NCBI GenBank assembly: GCA_965197805.1 | Contig: OZ240229.1 | Location: forward strand, 2,309,039-2,373,038 | DNA from: Dehalococcoidia bacterium | Lineage (GTDB): Bacteria; Chloroflexota; Dehalococcoidia; Lucifugimonadales; JAAXIE01 | DNA: 64,000 nucleotides | Direction of reading: 5' to 3' | Shown here: positions 9,979 through 19,757 of the stretch, piece by piece | Numbering within the stretch: position 1 is the first letter of the stretch | Layout of the letters: every line of letters begins with the position of its first letter | Position numbers and translations under genes: made by a program | Notes under the pieces: model-generated | The model's database searches: none | What the model was told of the DNA's origin: nothing | What the model saw: only the letters and a program-made list of their open reading frames with translations

Positions 9979-10746
9979 ATGCCCACACCAATCGTAGCCG
10001 GCAACTGGAAAATGAACACCTCCCTTGCTGAAGGTGTGCGTTTAGCTGCCCAAATAGCCGCCAACGTAGGCATCCCCTCAGGCATCGAAGTGGTGCTCTG
10101 CCCTCCCTTTACTTCGTTGTCAGCGGTCGGACAGGCGTTACAGGGTACAGTAGTCCAGGTTGGCGCCCAAAACATGCACTTCGAGGAGAAAGGCGCGTTC
10201 ACGGGCGAGGTTGCCCCGGGTATGCTCACCGGCCTGTGCAGCTTCGTGATTATAGGACACTCTGAGAGGCGCGCCCTCTTTGGAGAGTCCGATGACATGG
10301 TGAACCACAAGGTGGTGTCGGCCATCGCCGCAGGACTCCGCCCCATCTTCTGCGTAGGAGAAACGCTGGCTCAGCGTGAGTTAGGACGCGCCTCCGAGGT
10401 GATTTCGCAGCAGATACGAGGTGGCTTGTCGGGCTTGAATGACGTTCCCGGCTTGGTTGTAGCATACGAGCCAGTCTGGGCTATCGGTACAGGGCAAGCC
10501 GCCACTCCGGAAATCGCGGACGAAATCATGGGAGGGGTAATCCTACCTGTACTTGAGGAGCTTCTATGCCGGACCATTGCGCAGGGTACGCCCCTGCTCT
10601 ATGGTGGCAGCGTCAACCCCGGCAACATCGAGAGCTTTGCCCAACAGGACTCGGTATCCGGGGCATTGGTCGGCGGGGCCAGCTTGGACGCTTCACAGTT
10701 CGCCGATATCGTCCGGCTCACGGCTAGCGCCAAGGGTGTGGGGTAG
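9979..10746 (+). CDS. tpiA: Triosephosphate isomerase
   Basis: 255 aa with IVAGNWKMN, IIGHSERR and AYEPVWAIGTG motifs. Confidence 0.9.
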   Translation: MPTPIVAGNWKMNTSLAEGVRLAAQIAANVGIPSGIEVVLCPPFTSLSAVGQALQGTVVQVGAQNMHFEEKGAFTGEVAPGMLTGLCSFVIIGHSERRALFGESDDMVNHKVVSAIAAGLRPIFCVGETLAQRELGRASEVISQQIRGGLSGLNDVPGLVVAYEPVWAIGTGQAATPEIADEIMGGVILPVLEELLCRTIAQGTPLLYGGSVNPGNIESFAQQDSVSGALVGGASLDASQFADIVRLTASAKGVG

Positions 10747-10756
10747 CGGGAACGCT

Positions 10757-11704
10757 GTGCCGTCGGTCGGCCCCCGCGTACTCGCCCTAGTCGGGCCCAC
10801 AGCGTCGGGCAAGAGCAGGCTGGCCCTTGACCTTGCCAAGACCTTCCACGGGCAGATAATCAGCGCCGACAGCAGGCAGGTCTACCGCCACATGGACATC
10901 GGCACTGCTAAGCCGTCTCGCACGGACCGGCAGGAAATCCCCCACCATCTATACGACCTGCTTGATCCCCGCCAACGCTTTGACCTTGCCACCTTCCTAG
11001 AGCTTGCCAGTAGCGCTATCGCGGACATTCATGGGCAGGACCAGCTTCCCATCGTGGCCGGCGGGTCTGGTCAATACGCATGGGCCCTGCTCGAAGGCTG
11101 GCAGTTGCCTCCGGCGCCACCGGACGAGGCGCTACGAGCAGGCTTGGAAGCCGAAGATCCAGCAACTCTGCACCAGAGGTTGACGTTATTGGACCCGGAA
11201 GCCGCCTCTCGCATCCACCCCCATAACCGCCGGCGCTTAGTGCGAGCCTTGGAAGTCAGGCAGGGTGATAGCCACGAAGGCACAACCGTAGCCCCGAAGA
11301 AGACGCCTCGATATGAGTCGCTCATAATCGGGCTGACCATGGAGCGGGACGTCCTCTACCAGCGCATCGACCGGCGGGTAGACCAGATGATGGAGGATGG
11401 GTTGTTGGACGAAGTGCGTAGCCTGATGAGCGAAGGCTATGCGCCTGAATTGCCGTCAATGCAAAGCACTGGCTACAGGGAGCTGGGGCAGCACATTCAG
11501 GGACAGATGGAACTGCCGGAGGCCGTGAAAAGAATCAAGTACGCCACCCACCGTCTGGCGCGTCGCCAATACATGTGGTTCCGTCTGGCCGACCCGCGAA
11601 TACACTGGATTGACGCGTCTGTCGTCGACCCCTTTGAGCCGGCAGCGAATATGGTGCGCTCCTTTCTGGCCGGCCGGTGGGCCTGTGATACAATGCCTAG
11701 CTAG
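10757..11704 (+). CDS. miaA: tRNA dimethylallyltransferase
   Basis: ORF 10553..11704 overlaps tpiA in another frame. In-frame GTG at 10757 gives VPSVGPRVLALVGPTASGKSRLAL (P-loop) followed by ADSRQVYR. Confidence 0.85.
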   Translation: MPSVGPRVLALVGPTASGKSRLALDLAKTFHGQIISADSRQVYRHMDIGTAKPSRTDRQEIPHHLYDLLDPRQRFDLATFLELASSAIADIHGQDQLPIVAGGSGQYAWALLEGWQLPPAPPDEALRAGLEAEDPATLHQRLTLLDPEAASRIHPHNRRRLVRALEVRQGDSHEGTTVAPKKTPRYESLIIGLTMERDVLYQRIDRRVDQMMEDGLLDEVRSLMSEGYAPELPSMQSTGYRELGQHIQGQMELPEAVKRIKYATHRLARRQYMWFRLADPRIHWIDASVVDPFEPAANMVRSFLAGRWACDTMPS

Positions 11705-11747
11705 CGGCCAACATAGTCAGGCTAACATAACGGCGTAAGGCTTACTC

Positions 11748-12608
11748 ATGCGATTCACCAAAATGCACGGCGCGGCCAACGACTACCTGTTCATTGACGC
11801 CCATCAACTGGATGCGGATTGGCCTGCTCTGGCTGTGGCCATGAGCGACCGACATTGTGGCGTCGGCTCCGACGGTATCATCCTAGTGCTGCCATCTGAG
11901 CAGGCCCAACTGCGCATGCGCATCTTCAATGCCGACGGCTCCGAGGGCGAGATGTGTGGCAATGGCATCCGATGCTTCGCGAAATATGCCATCGAGCGAG
12001 GGCTGGCCGAGGCCAAAGGCGTCGGCCTCCTGGTGGAGACTCTCGCAGGCATACGCACCGTAATGCCTCAAGTGGTCGATGGAAATGTCGTAGCGGCGCG
12101 AGTCGCGATGGGGTACCCCGAACTGCGCCCAGAGGCGGTCCCAGTGGCCCTGGACCCTTCCCCTCGATTGGCCGAGGGCCAAGCCCTGCTGGACCATCCT
12201 TTGCATGTGGGCGGAAAGGCGTTAGCCCTCTCCTTCGTATCTATGGGAAATCCCCATGCCGTCGCGTTCATAGACGAGGATGTGAGCGACTTCCCACTGC
12301 ACCAAGTGGGGCCCATGGTTGAGCACCATCCCAGCTTCCCACGTCGCACCAACTTCGAGATCGTCAACTTGGGTCAAGGACCTGCCATGCAGGCTCGTGT
12401 ATGGGAGCGAGGCTCCGGTGAGACGATGGCCTGTGGCACTGGCGCCTGCGCCATCGCCGTCGCAGCTCGCCTGCACGGCTACGACTATGACCGATTTGAC
12501 GTAGCTCTCCCAGGAGGCATCCTCACCATCGAGTGGGACGGCCATTCCGAGGTCTACCTGGAAGGCCCGGCGGAAGATGTCTTCACTGGCGAGTGGCAAT
12601 CAGCATGA
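11748..12608 (+). CDS. dapF: Diaminopimelate epimerase
   Basis: 286 aa with MRFTKMHGAANDYLFID and the two catalytic Cys contexts, CGNGIRC and ACGTGA. Confidence 0.9.
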   Translation: MRFTKMHGAANDYLFIDAHQLDADWPALAVAMSDRHCGVGSDGIILVLPSEQAQLRMRIFNADGSEGEMCGNGIRCFAKYAIERGLAEAKGVGLLVETLAGIRTVMPQVVDGNVVAARVAMGYPELRPEAVPVALDPSPRLAEGQALLDHPLHVGGKALALSFVSMGNPHAVAFIDEDVSDFPLHQVGPMVEHHPSFPRRTNFEIVNLGQGPAMQARVWERGSGETMACGTGACAIAVAARLHGYDYDRFDVALPGGILTIEWDGHSEVYLEGPAEDVFTGEWQSA

Positions 12609-13177
12609 GTACGACAACGCACAAGCTGACCTATGAGAAGTGGCTGAATCTCCCCGAAACGAAACAGCGCTACGAGATTGTCGACGGGGTGATGTGTATG
12701 CCGCCAAGTCCAACCGCGGGTCACCAGCGCATTCAGCAGCGGATCAATGTACCTCTGACTATGTTCGTTGGAGACCGAGGTATCGGAGAGGTGCTCACGG
12801 CTCCACTAGACATATTAGTGCAGAGGAAACCTTTGCGTACTCGTCAGCCCGATATCCTGTACTTGAGCAACGCTAGGTCTCTCGGCGATCAGTTTGAAGA
12901 TGTACAACGGATGACATACTTGGAACTGGCCCCTGACCTAGCGATCGAAATATTGTCGCCTAGCAACACCATGTCCTATATGGACCGGAAGCTTGAGGAC
13001 TACCAGCGAATAGGCGTGAGTGAGTGCTGGCTTTTCGACCCTGTGGCGCGTATCGCTGCCATAGTGGACCTGACAGGCGATGTCCCCCGAGTGGCGGCGA
13101 ACTTTGGAGTTGACGAAAAGTTTCGTTCAGGCTTGCTGCCCGGATTTCAGTTGGACCTGCGGGAAGTGTTCAGGTAG
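12605..13177 (+). CDS. Uma2 (DUF820) family PD-(D/E)xK endonuclease
   Basis: ATG 12605 overlaps the dapF stop (ATGA). The sequence MSTTTHKLTYEKWLNLPETKQRYEIVDGVMCMPPSPTAGHQRIQ...PDLAIEILSPSN is typical of Uma2. GC is visibly lower than in the neighbours. Confidence 0.75.
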   Translation: MSTTTHKLTYEKWLNLPETKQRYEIVDGVMCMPPSPTAGHQRIQQRINVPLTMFVGDRGIGEVLTAPLDILVQRKPLRTRQPDILYLSNARSLGDQFEDVQRMTYLELAPDLAIEILSPSNTMSYMDRKLEDYQRIGVSECWLFDPVARIAAIVDLTGDVPRVAANFGVDEKFRSGLLPGFQLDLREVFR

Positions 13178-13221
13178 CAAAGATTCTATGGCAGACCTTT
13201 TACAAAGAAAGAGTAGTCAAC

Positions 13222-14406
13222 ATGAAACTATCCAAGCGACTTGACCTGCTGAAACCCTACCCCTTTGTCGAAATTTCACGCATCATCGCTGAGAAGCGCG
13301 CTGCTGGTATTGATGTTGTGACCTTCGGTATCGGCGATCCCGACATCCCTACGCCGGACCATATCGTGGGGCGCTTGGAGCAGGCCTCGCACCATCTGCC
13401 CAATCATCGTTACCCTGAGAGCGACAGCCTGCCCGAATTCCGGCGAGCAGTGGCCCAATGGTATGAGAATAGATTCGGGGTGAAGTTCGACCCGGACAAA
13501 GAAGTGCTGCCTCTCATAGGGGCCAAGGAGGGCATCGGACATGTGGCCTTCGCCTTGCTCGACCCAGGCGACCTCGCCCTGCTGCCAGACCCAGCCTACC
13601 CGGTGTATGCGGTGGGCACGATGTTCGCGGGGGCCGACTCATACACTATACCCCTCACCGAGCGAGGAGGCTGGCTGGCCGACCTAGAAGCAATACCAGA
13701 GGACGTCGCGCAACGGGCTAACATAATGTGGATCAACTACCCCAACAACCCCACTGCGGCCGTGGCCGAGTTGGACTACTTTGAGCAGGTCGTGCGCTAC
13801 GCCAAGGAGCACGATATCGCGGTACTGCACGACGCGGCCTACAGTGAGGTCACCTTCGACGGGTACCGTTGCAGCAGCTTCATGCAGGCCGAGGGGGCGC
13901 AGGACATTGGGCTGGAGTTCCACTCCCTCTCCAAGAGCTACAACATGACCGGATGGCGTGTCGGTATGGCCGTGGGCAACGCCGACCTTATACGTGGCCT
14001 GCTCAAAATCAAAGAGAACCTCGATTCAGGCATTCCCCAAGCCATACAAGAGATGGCGATGGAAGCCCTCCTAGGTCCTCAGGATTGCATCGAACATAAC
14101 AATGCGACATACAAGGCGCGACGAGACAAGGTCGTAGGTGTGCTCCGGGATATAGGCTTGGAGGTGGAGGCCCCCAAGGCCAGCCTCTACGTTTGGGCAA
14201 AGGTACCCCGCGGATTCACCTCCGCCGAGTTCGCCGCTCGCCTCCTCGACGACAACAGCATCGTCGTCACCCCTGGCTCCAGCTACGGCGCGAACGGCGA
14301 AGGTTACATACGCCTCTCCTTGACTACCCCGGACGAGCGGGTGGAGACGGGCTTGCAACGACTGGCCTCATGGGAGATACCCTCACCTTCCAATCCCGCC
14401 AGCTAG
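13222..14406 (+). CDS. dapL: LL-diaminopimelate aminotransferase-like class I aminotransferase
   Basis: 394 aa, starting MKLSKRLDLLKPYPFVEI, with FGIGDPD, NYPNNPT and the SLSKSYNMTGWR PLP-lysine motif. Adjacent to dapF. Confidence 0.75.
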   Translation: MKLSKRLDLLKPYPFVEISRIIAEKRAAGIDVVTFGIGDPDIPTPDHIVGRLEQASHHLPNHRYPESDSLPEFRRAVAQWYENRFGVKFDPDKEVLPLIGAKEGIGHVAFALLDPGDLALLPDPAYPVYAVGTMFAGADSYTIPLTERGGWLADLEAIPEDVAQRANIMWINYPNNPTAAVAELDYFEQVVRYAKEHDIAVLHDAAYSEVTFDGYRCSSFMQAEGAQDIGLEFHSLSKSYNMTGWRVGMAVGNADLIRGLLKIKENLDSGIPQAIQEMAMEALLGPQDCIEHNNATYKARRDKVVGVLRDIGLEVEAPKASLYVWAKVPRGFTSAEFAARLLDDNSIVVTPGSSYGANGEGYIRLSLTTPDERVETGLQRLASWEIPSPSNPAS

Positions 14407-14424
14407 CAGGAGACTGGGCCGATC

Positions 14425-15594
14425 TTGGGCATTCCCTACACTACAGAGCCGGACGCCGAAAGGGCCGTCCTAGTAGGTGTGACTGTCAGGGGCGCATCCC
14501 ACCCTTGGAAATTGGAAGAATCACTGGATGAGCTCGCCATGCTGGCCCGTACCGCCGGGGCCGATGTCGTCGCCCGTGTGGGGCAAAGACTTCCCCGCCC
14601 CGAAAGACACTACCTAGGGTCGGGTAAGCTGGCCGAATTACAGGACTTGGTGCGGGAGTCCCAAGCCGGCACAGTCATCTGCGACGACGAACTCAACCCA
14701 ACGCAACAACGGGCCTTGGAAAACGCCCTCAAGGTGAAAGTCATCGACCGCACCGCCCTGATCCTTGATGTGTTCGGTCGCCACGCTCACACGCGGGAAG
14801 GCCAGCTTCAGGTGGAGCTGGCACAGCACCAATACTTGCTGCCACGGCTTGTGGGCCAGTGGTCCCACTTGGAGCGGTTGGGCGGTGGTATAGGTACCCG
14901 AGGTCCCGGTGAGACCCAGTTGGAGACGGACCGCCGTCTCATCCAGCGTCGTATCCAGAAACTGCAACAGCAATTAGACCAGGTGAGTAAGCGCCGCGAG
15001 CAGTACCGCTCCCGTCGGCACCGCGCTGGCATTCCGGTGGCATCGCTGGTGGGCTACACCAACGCCGGCAAGAGCACCCTGTTCAACGCCCTCAGCGACG
15101 CCAAGGTGCCTGCGAGAGACCAGCTCTTCTCCACGCTGGATCCAGTGACCCGTCTCATCTCCCTCTCGCCAGAGAAGCGGTTTTTGCTCACCGACACTGT
15201 GGGATTCATTCAGAAGCTCTCGCCCACAGTGGTGGCGGCCTTCCGTGCCACGCTGGAGGAGTTGCAGGGTTCTGACCTTCTGCTGCATGTCGTAGACATA
15301 ATGCACCCTCACGCACCGGAACAGGCTGAAGCAGTGGATTCCACGCTACAGGGGCTAGGTCTGCAGGATACGCCACGGCTGTTGGTCGTAAACAAGATGG
15401 ACCTGATGGCTTCGTCGCCCAACGGGACGGCGGCGTCCGACACACTTCCGCTGGACGGACATCCCAGTGTGCTGGTGTCGGCCGCCAAGGGCTGGAATCT
15501 CGGCGAACTGCTCGAGATGATCGCCGACAGGCTGGACCTCGAGGACGAGGAGTTGGAGGAGGAGGAGTGGTTGGATCAGGAGAGTGGGTTCTGA
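14425..15594 (+). CDS. hflX: GTPase HflX
   Basis: 389 aa with the HflX N-domain (RTALILDVFGRHA), G1 GYTNAGKSTLFNAL, DTVGF and NKMD. Confidence 0.85.
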   Translation: MGIPYTTEPDAERAVLVGVTVRGASHPWKLEESLDELAMLARTAGADVVARVGQRLPRPERHYLGSGKLAELQDLVRESQAGTVICDDELNPTQQRALENALKVKVIDRTALILDVFGRHAHTREGQLQVELAQHQYLLPRLVGQWSHLERLGGGIGTRGPGETQLETDRRLIQRRIQKLQQQLDQVSKRREQYRSRRHRAGIPVASLVGYTNAGKSTLFNALSDAKVPARDQLFSTLDPVTRLISLSPEKRFLLTDTVGFIQKLSPTVVAAFRATLEELQGSDLLLHVVDIMHPHAPEQAEAVDSTLQGLGLQDTPRLLVVNKMDLMASSPNGTAASDTLPLDGHPSVLVSAAKGWNLGELLEMIADRLDLEDEELEEEEWLDQESGF

Positions 15595-15681
15595 GGGTCT
15601 GATTCGCTAATTTCTGGTGGTTCGCACAATAATTGTTATGTGGGCTCACAAAGCTTTTTGGCTCGGACTCGACATAACAAA

Positions 15682-15718
15682 CGAGAGGGCAGGCTCAGAG
15701 CCTGCCCTCTCGTTTTTG
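15682..15718. terminator. Bidirectional intrinsic terminator between the convergent hflX and thiolase genes
   Basis: Perfect hairpin CGAGAGGGCAGGCT-CAG-AGCCTGCCCTCTCG, followed by TTTTT on the plus strand and by a T-rich run (GTTTGTT) on the minus strand. Confidence 0.6.
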
Positions 15719-15748
15719 CGCTCGATGAGCTTGCGGAACGAGCCGTGA

Positions 15749-16921
15749 TCAGTTGGCCCGCCCGAAGATGGATACCGATCCGGTGAACGAGCCGGGTCGC
15801 CCGCCCAAGTTGTGGGTGAGCCCGATGTCGGCCTTCTGCAGTTGGCGGTCTCCCGCCTTGCCCTGCAACTGCTTGTAGACCTCGTAGATCATGCGGATGC
15901 CACTGGCCCCGATGGGATGGCCGAAGCACTTGAGCCCTCCGTCGGTGTTCACCGGCAGATCACCCTCCAATGTGAAGGCTCCAGCCTCAACGTCCTCACG
16001 GGCACGGCCTTGGGGGCTGAAGCCCAAGTCCTCCATGATGATCAGCTCGGTAATGGTGAAGCAATCGTGGACGCTGGCCAAGTCGATCTCCTGGCGCGGA
16101 TTGGTGATGCCCGCCTCTTGGTATGCAGCTTGGGCTGCCTTCACGTTCTCAGGGAAAGAAGTGAAGTCCCAGTCTTCACGGAGCATCCCGAAAGCCCCAA
16201 CGGCCAACCCCAGACCCTTCACCAGCATGTAGTCCTGGCGGAAGCTCTTGGCGATCTCAGGCGTGGTGATGATTGCGGCTGCACTACCATCACTGACGCC
16301 ACAGCAATCGTAGAGGCCCAAGGGCCAAGCAATCATCGGGGCACCCATGATCTGGTCCACCGACACCTCGCGCTGGAAGTGGGCCTTGCTGTTCATGGTG
16401 CCGTTATGATGGTTCTTGGAGGCGATCTGTGCCAGTACGCGCTTCCCTTCCTCGTAGGGGATGCCGTAGTGGTGGAAGTAGCGGGTGGCGGCCAGAGCGA
16501 ACTGGGAAGGAGGGGGCACCGGTGGGGCCACATCGCTGCCCGGGGCTTCGTAGCTGGCCAAGCCTGAAAACCCGGAGTCCTTCAGTTTCTCCACCCCGAG
16601 GGCCAACACGATGTCGTAGATGCCGGCAGCTACGGCATAGCAGGCATTCCGGAAGGCGTCGGTGGCAGTGGCGCAGGCGTTCTCCACGCGAGTGATAGGC
16701 AGATAGTCCAGCTTGAGGGCCTGCGCCAAAGGCTGGCCGGTGCGGAAGCTGCCAACGGTGCCCAGCCAAGCGGCCTGGATGTCCTTGGAGTCGATTCCGG
16801 CGTCCTCGTAGGCCTCATAAGCGGCTTCCACCATCAGGTCCGGCACACCGGCATCCCAGCGCTCGCCGAACCTACTGCATCCCATACCTATGACTGCGAC
16901 CCTGTCCTTGATGCCCTGCAT
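15749..16921 (-). CDS. Thiolase (SCP-x / archaeal acetoacetyl-CoA thiolase type)
   Basis: 390 aa, starting VAVIGMGCSRFGE, with catalytic Cys context VENACATATDAF and C-terminal GHPIGASGIRM plus NLGG. Confidence 0.8.
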   Translation of the reverse strand: MQGIKDRVAVIGMGCSRFGERWDAGVPDLMVEAAYEAYEDAGIDSKDIQAAWLGTVGSFRTGQPLAQALKLDYLPITRVENACATATDAFRNACYAVAAGIYDIVLALGVEKLKDSGFSGLASYEAPGSDVAPPVPPPSQFALAATRYFHHYGIPYEEGKRVLAQIASKNHHNGTMNSKAHFQREVSVDQIMGAPMIAWPLGLYDCCGVSDGSAAAIITTPEIAKSFRQDYMLVKGLGLAVGAFGMLREDWDFTSFPENVKAAQAAYQEAGITNPRQEIDLASVHDCFTITELIIMEDLGFSPQGRAREDVEAGAFTLEGDLPVNTDGGLKCFGHPIGASGIRMIYEVYKQLQGKAGDRQLQKADIGLTHNLGGRPGSFTGSVSIFGRAN

Positions 16922-16974
16922 GCCTAACCCCCTGTCGTTATGTTAATGGCCCACCAGTGTTCTAGCAGTATACG

Positions 16975-18381
16975 CTAGTTGCGGGCGGGAACAGACTTCC
17001 AATAGTAGTTACTGATGCCGTTTACCACCCTCAGCTTGCGGAAGCTCATGTCCACAGGCATATCGATAGCTATCTCGTCCAACTCGCGGTCGGTCATCAT
17101 GCACAGCATCCGCCCGCCGCCCTCGAAGTTCACAACCGTGATCACCAAGGGCACATCTGTAGCCCCGGCCAGATAGTCCATAGAATAAGTGAAGACCGTT
17201 CCCCTGCGGTCCGACAGCCTTACAGGCTCGCTCTGGTCACGGGCCTGGCAGATGGTGCAGACCCGCTGGGGCGGGTATTGGACGGTGCCACAACTGGTGC
17301 AGCGAGCGCCGTACAAGCGCAGGTTCTGCTCGCTCTCACGCCACATGGCGGTGACCGATGGGGATTGCGCCGCAGGACGCCTAGCGGCCGTGTCGGAGAC
17401 CCAGACGTTGCGCCAGCGCGCATATATCTCGTAGTTGTTCAGTACCTTCTTTGCTTCCAAACCCTGCTTCACCAGTTGCCGCTCTTTCAGTGATGCAATG
17501 GCGCTGTTGGCCTTCACAGAGAGGGCGTCTGAGCCGTCACCGTAGCCGATGACCAGCAGCAGGTCACCCTCGTTGGCATCCTCCAAAGCCCCGACTAACA
17601 GCATGAGGGGGAAGGCGGTGCCGGTGTTGCCTACCTGGCCGTACAGAGGATCCTGTATCTGGCCTTCAGCGAACCCCATACGCCGACCCAGCGCGGTGTG
17701 ACGACGCCCATCGGGGGAGTGGAAGGCGACCTTCGAGAAACTTTGGGGGGTGAGGTTGTACTTCTCCATGAAGCTCTGGGCCGCCTCAACCAAGATACGC
17801 TCAAGGCCCTCTTCCATCATGAACCGGTCTTCCCAAGAGCGCAGAAAGGGGTCGCCAGGAGAGCGCCACATGTCCAGCATGTTCTCAGAGATGGTGTTGG
17901 TGCCCTCGATGGTTGCTGCACCTTCATCCGTTGTTAGCAGGAAGGCTATGGCCCCATCGCCCAAGTTGCGCTCGATGTCAGCCCGGGGTGCCGATTGCCG
18001 AGAGTCTGAAGCTATCACCAGCACGGTCTTGGCCGACCCTGCGTTGAGGGAGTCCATAGCCATGCGCAGAGCCGTGGTCCCTGCCCGCAGTACGCCGGTG
18101 ACGTCCGCAGTAGAGATGTCGCGTCGGAGGTCCAAGGCAGTGGCGATGATTGAAGCGCACTGCTTCTCCTCGTATGGCGGTGTGGTGGTCGCGAAAAGTA
18201 GCGAGTCGATGCTGTCCCGACTTATGTCAGCCAAACAACTGACCCCGGCGGACACTGCCATGGTCACACTATCTTCATCGAAGTTGGCGATGGCGCGCTC
18301 GGTAGAGCTGCCCCAACCAGTAGTCTCGCGCCCCAAACGGTAACGCGGAATATGGACTCCGTACGACTTGATTCCGACCAT
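16975..18381 (-). CDS. HMG-CoA-synthase-like domain fused to a C-terminal DUF35 (Zn-ribbon plus OB fold)
   Basis: 468 aa. The N-terminal roughly 330 aa align to archaeal HMGCS (YGVHIPRYRL, FHSPDG). The C-terminus has CTSCGTVQYPPQRVCTICQ and the OB-fold region VVNFEGGGRMLCMMTD. See the corresponding finding for the missing catalytic residues. Confidence 0.7.
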   Translation of the reverse strand: MVGIKSYGVHIPRYRLGRETTGWGSSTERAIANFDEDSVTMAVSAGVSCLADISRDSIDSLLFATTTPPYEEKQCASIIATALDLRRDISTADVTGVLRAGTTALRMAMDSLNAGSAKTVLVIASDSRQSAPRADIERNLGDGAIAFLLTTDEGAATIEGTNTISENMLDMWRSPGDPFLRSWEDRFMMEEGLERILVEAAQSFMEKYNLTPQSFSKVAFHSPDGRRHTALGRRMGFAEGQIQDPLYGQVGNTGTAFPLMLLVGALEDANEGDLLLVIGYGDGSDALSVKANSAIASLKERQLVKQGLEAKKVLNNYEIYARWRNVWVSDTAARRPAAQSPSVTAMWRESEQNLRLYGARCTSCGTVQYPPQRVCTICQARDQSEPVRLSDRRGTVFTYSMDYLAGATDVPLVITVVNFEGGGRMLCMMTDRELDEIAIDMPVDMSFRKLRVVNGISNYYWKSVPARN

Positions 18382-18528
18382 AAACTGCTCTCTCCCGCCT
18401 GCTGGTCGCTTCTGCTGCTGATGCGGCTCTAATCGTAGCGGTGGCCCGTCAGAGTGTCAACGCGAGGGCGGCGTTACGGAAAGCGGAGGCACATGTTCCG
18501 TCGGGGTAAGAGGCCCCCATGCTAAAAT

Positions 18529-19755
18529 ATGAACACGTTCCCTTACCCATTATCTGGAGGCGTCGTGCGCAAGCTGGAAATGGTGGTCGCGGCCATGGGC
18601 CTCATCGCCGTGGTGGCGTTGCTGGTGGCCTTGGTCAGCTGGGCAGTGCTGCCCGGCGACGATGACCAAGCGGTCGCGGAGACCGACGAAGGCCTTCCAC
18701 CTGGCTTCGGCAAGGTGTCGGAGGTGTGGGAGGTGTTGCAGCGAAGGCATATCGACCGAGACGAGTTGGGAACGGGAGCCATGGAGGAGGGGGCTGTCAG
18801 GGGTATTCTCCAAGCCTTGGACGACCCCCACGCCACCTACCTGAACCCAGACCAGTTTGCCATCGCCCAAGACGACTTCTCGGGACAGTTCTCCGGCATA
18901 GGCGCTGAAGTGTCCACGCGCAACGGACGCATAATGATCCATGCACCCATGCCTGACACTCCTGCCGAGATGGCGGGGTTGCGTCCCGGCGACATCATCC
19001 TATCCATCGACGGCCAGAGTACCGACGGTCTTTCCTTGGGGGAGGCTGTGGCCTTGGTGAGGGGGCCAGCCGGTGAAGCAGTGGACCTGCTCGTACTCCA
19101 CCAAGATGGTGGCGAGCCGGTGACCATCACCATCGTGCGCGACAACATCCGAGTCCGTAGCGTGAAATTCCGCAGCCTAGTGGGGGGCGTCGGACACCTG
19201 AGAATCTCCTCCTTCACCAATAATACTGAGGGCGAGATCGCCGAGGCGATCGACACTTTTACCCGGCGCAACAGCAAAGGCTTGGTGGTCGATGTGCGCA
19301 ACAACCCCGGCGGGCTTCTGAATGCCACAGTGGACGTCGTAGACCAGTTCCTCGACGGTGGTCTGGTGCTATATCAGTTGGACAGCAACGGGCAGCGTAT
19401 AGAATTGCATGCCAACTCAGGAGGCATCGCCAGCGAGATACCTATGGTGCTTTTGATGAACGAATATAGTGGCAGTGGCAGCGAAGTCTTTATAGGTGCC
19501 ATAAAGGACCATGAGAGGGCTTCCACCCTCGGGGCTACCAGCTACGGCAAGGGCAGCGTCAGCTCTTTCCATAAGTTCAGTGACGGTTCGGGGGTATACT
19601 TCACCATCGCCCGCTGGTACACCCCCGACGGCACTCTCATCGAAGGCGAGGGTATCGAGCCTGACTTCACCGTAGATGTACCTGAAGACAGCAAGGGCGA
19701 CCCCCAACTAGAAAGGGCTATCGAGATGCTAAACGGAATGATTGGCAGTTCCTAG
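18529..19755 (+). CDS. ctpA: Carboxy-terminal processing peptidase (S41) with PDZ domain
   Basis: 408 aa with an N-terminal TM segment, PDZ (GLRPGDIILSIDG), VDVRNNPGGLL and a SGSGSEVF catalytic Ser context. The true start is probably downstream (GTG/ATG near 18565-18580), because a TAAAAT -10-like box sits at 18523-18528. Confidence 0.8.
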   Translation: MNTFPYPLSGGVVRKLEMVVAAMGLIAVVALLVALVSWAVLPGDDDQAVAETDEGLPPGFGKVSEVWEVLQRRHIDRDELGTGAMEEGAVRGILQALDDPHATYLNPDQFAIAQDDFSGQFSGIGAEVSTRNGRIMIHAPMPDTPAEMAGLRPGDIILSIDGQSTDGLSLGEAVALVRGPAGEAVDLLVLHQDGGEPVTITIVRDNIRVRSVKFRSLVGGVGHLRISSFTNNTEGEIAEAIDTFTRRNSKGLVVDVRNNPGGLLNATVDVVDQFLDGGLVLYQLDSNGQRIELHANSGGIASEIPMVLLMNEYSGSGSEVFIGAIKDHERASTLGATSYGKGSVSSFHKFSDGSGVYFTIARWYTPDGTLIEGEGIEPDFTVDVPEDSKGDPQLERAIEMLNGMIGSS

Positions 19756-19757
19756 AC

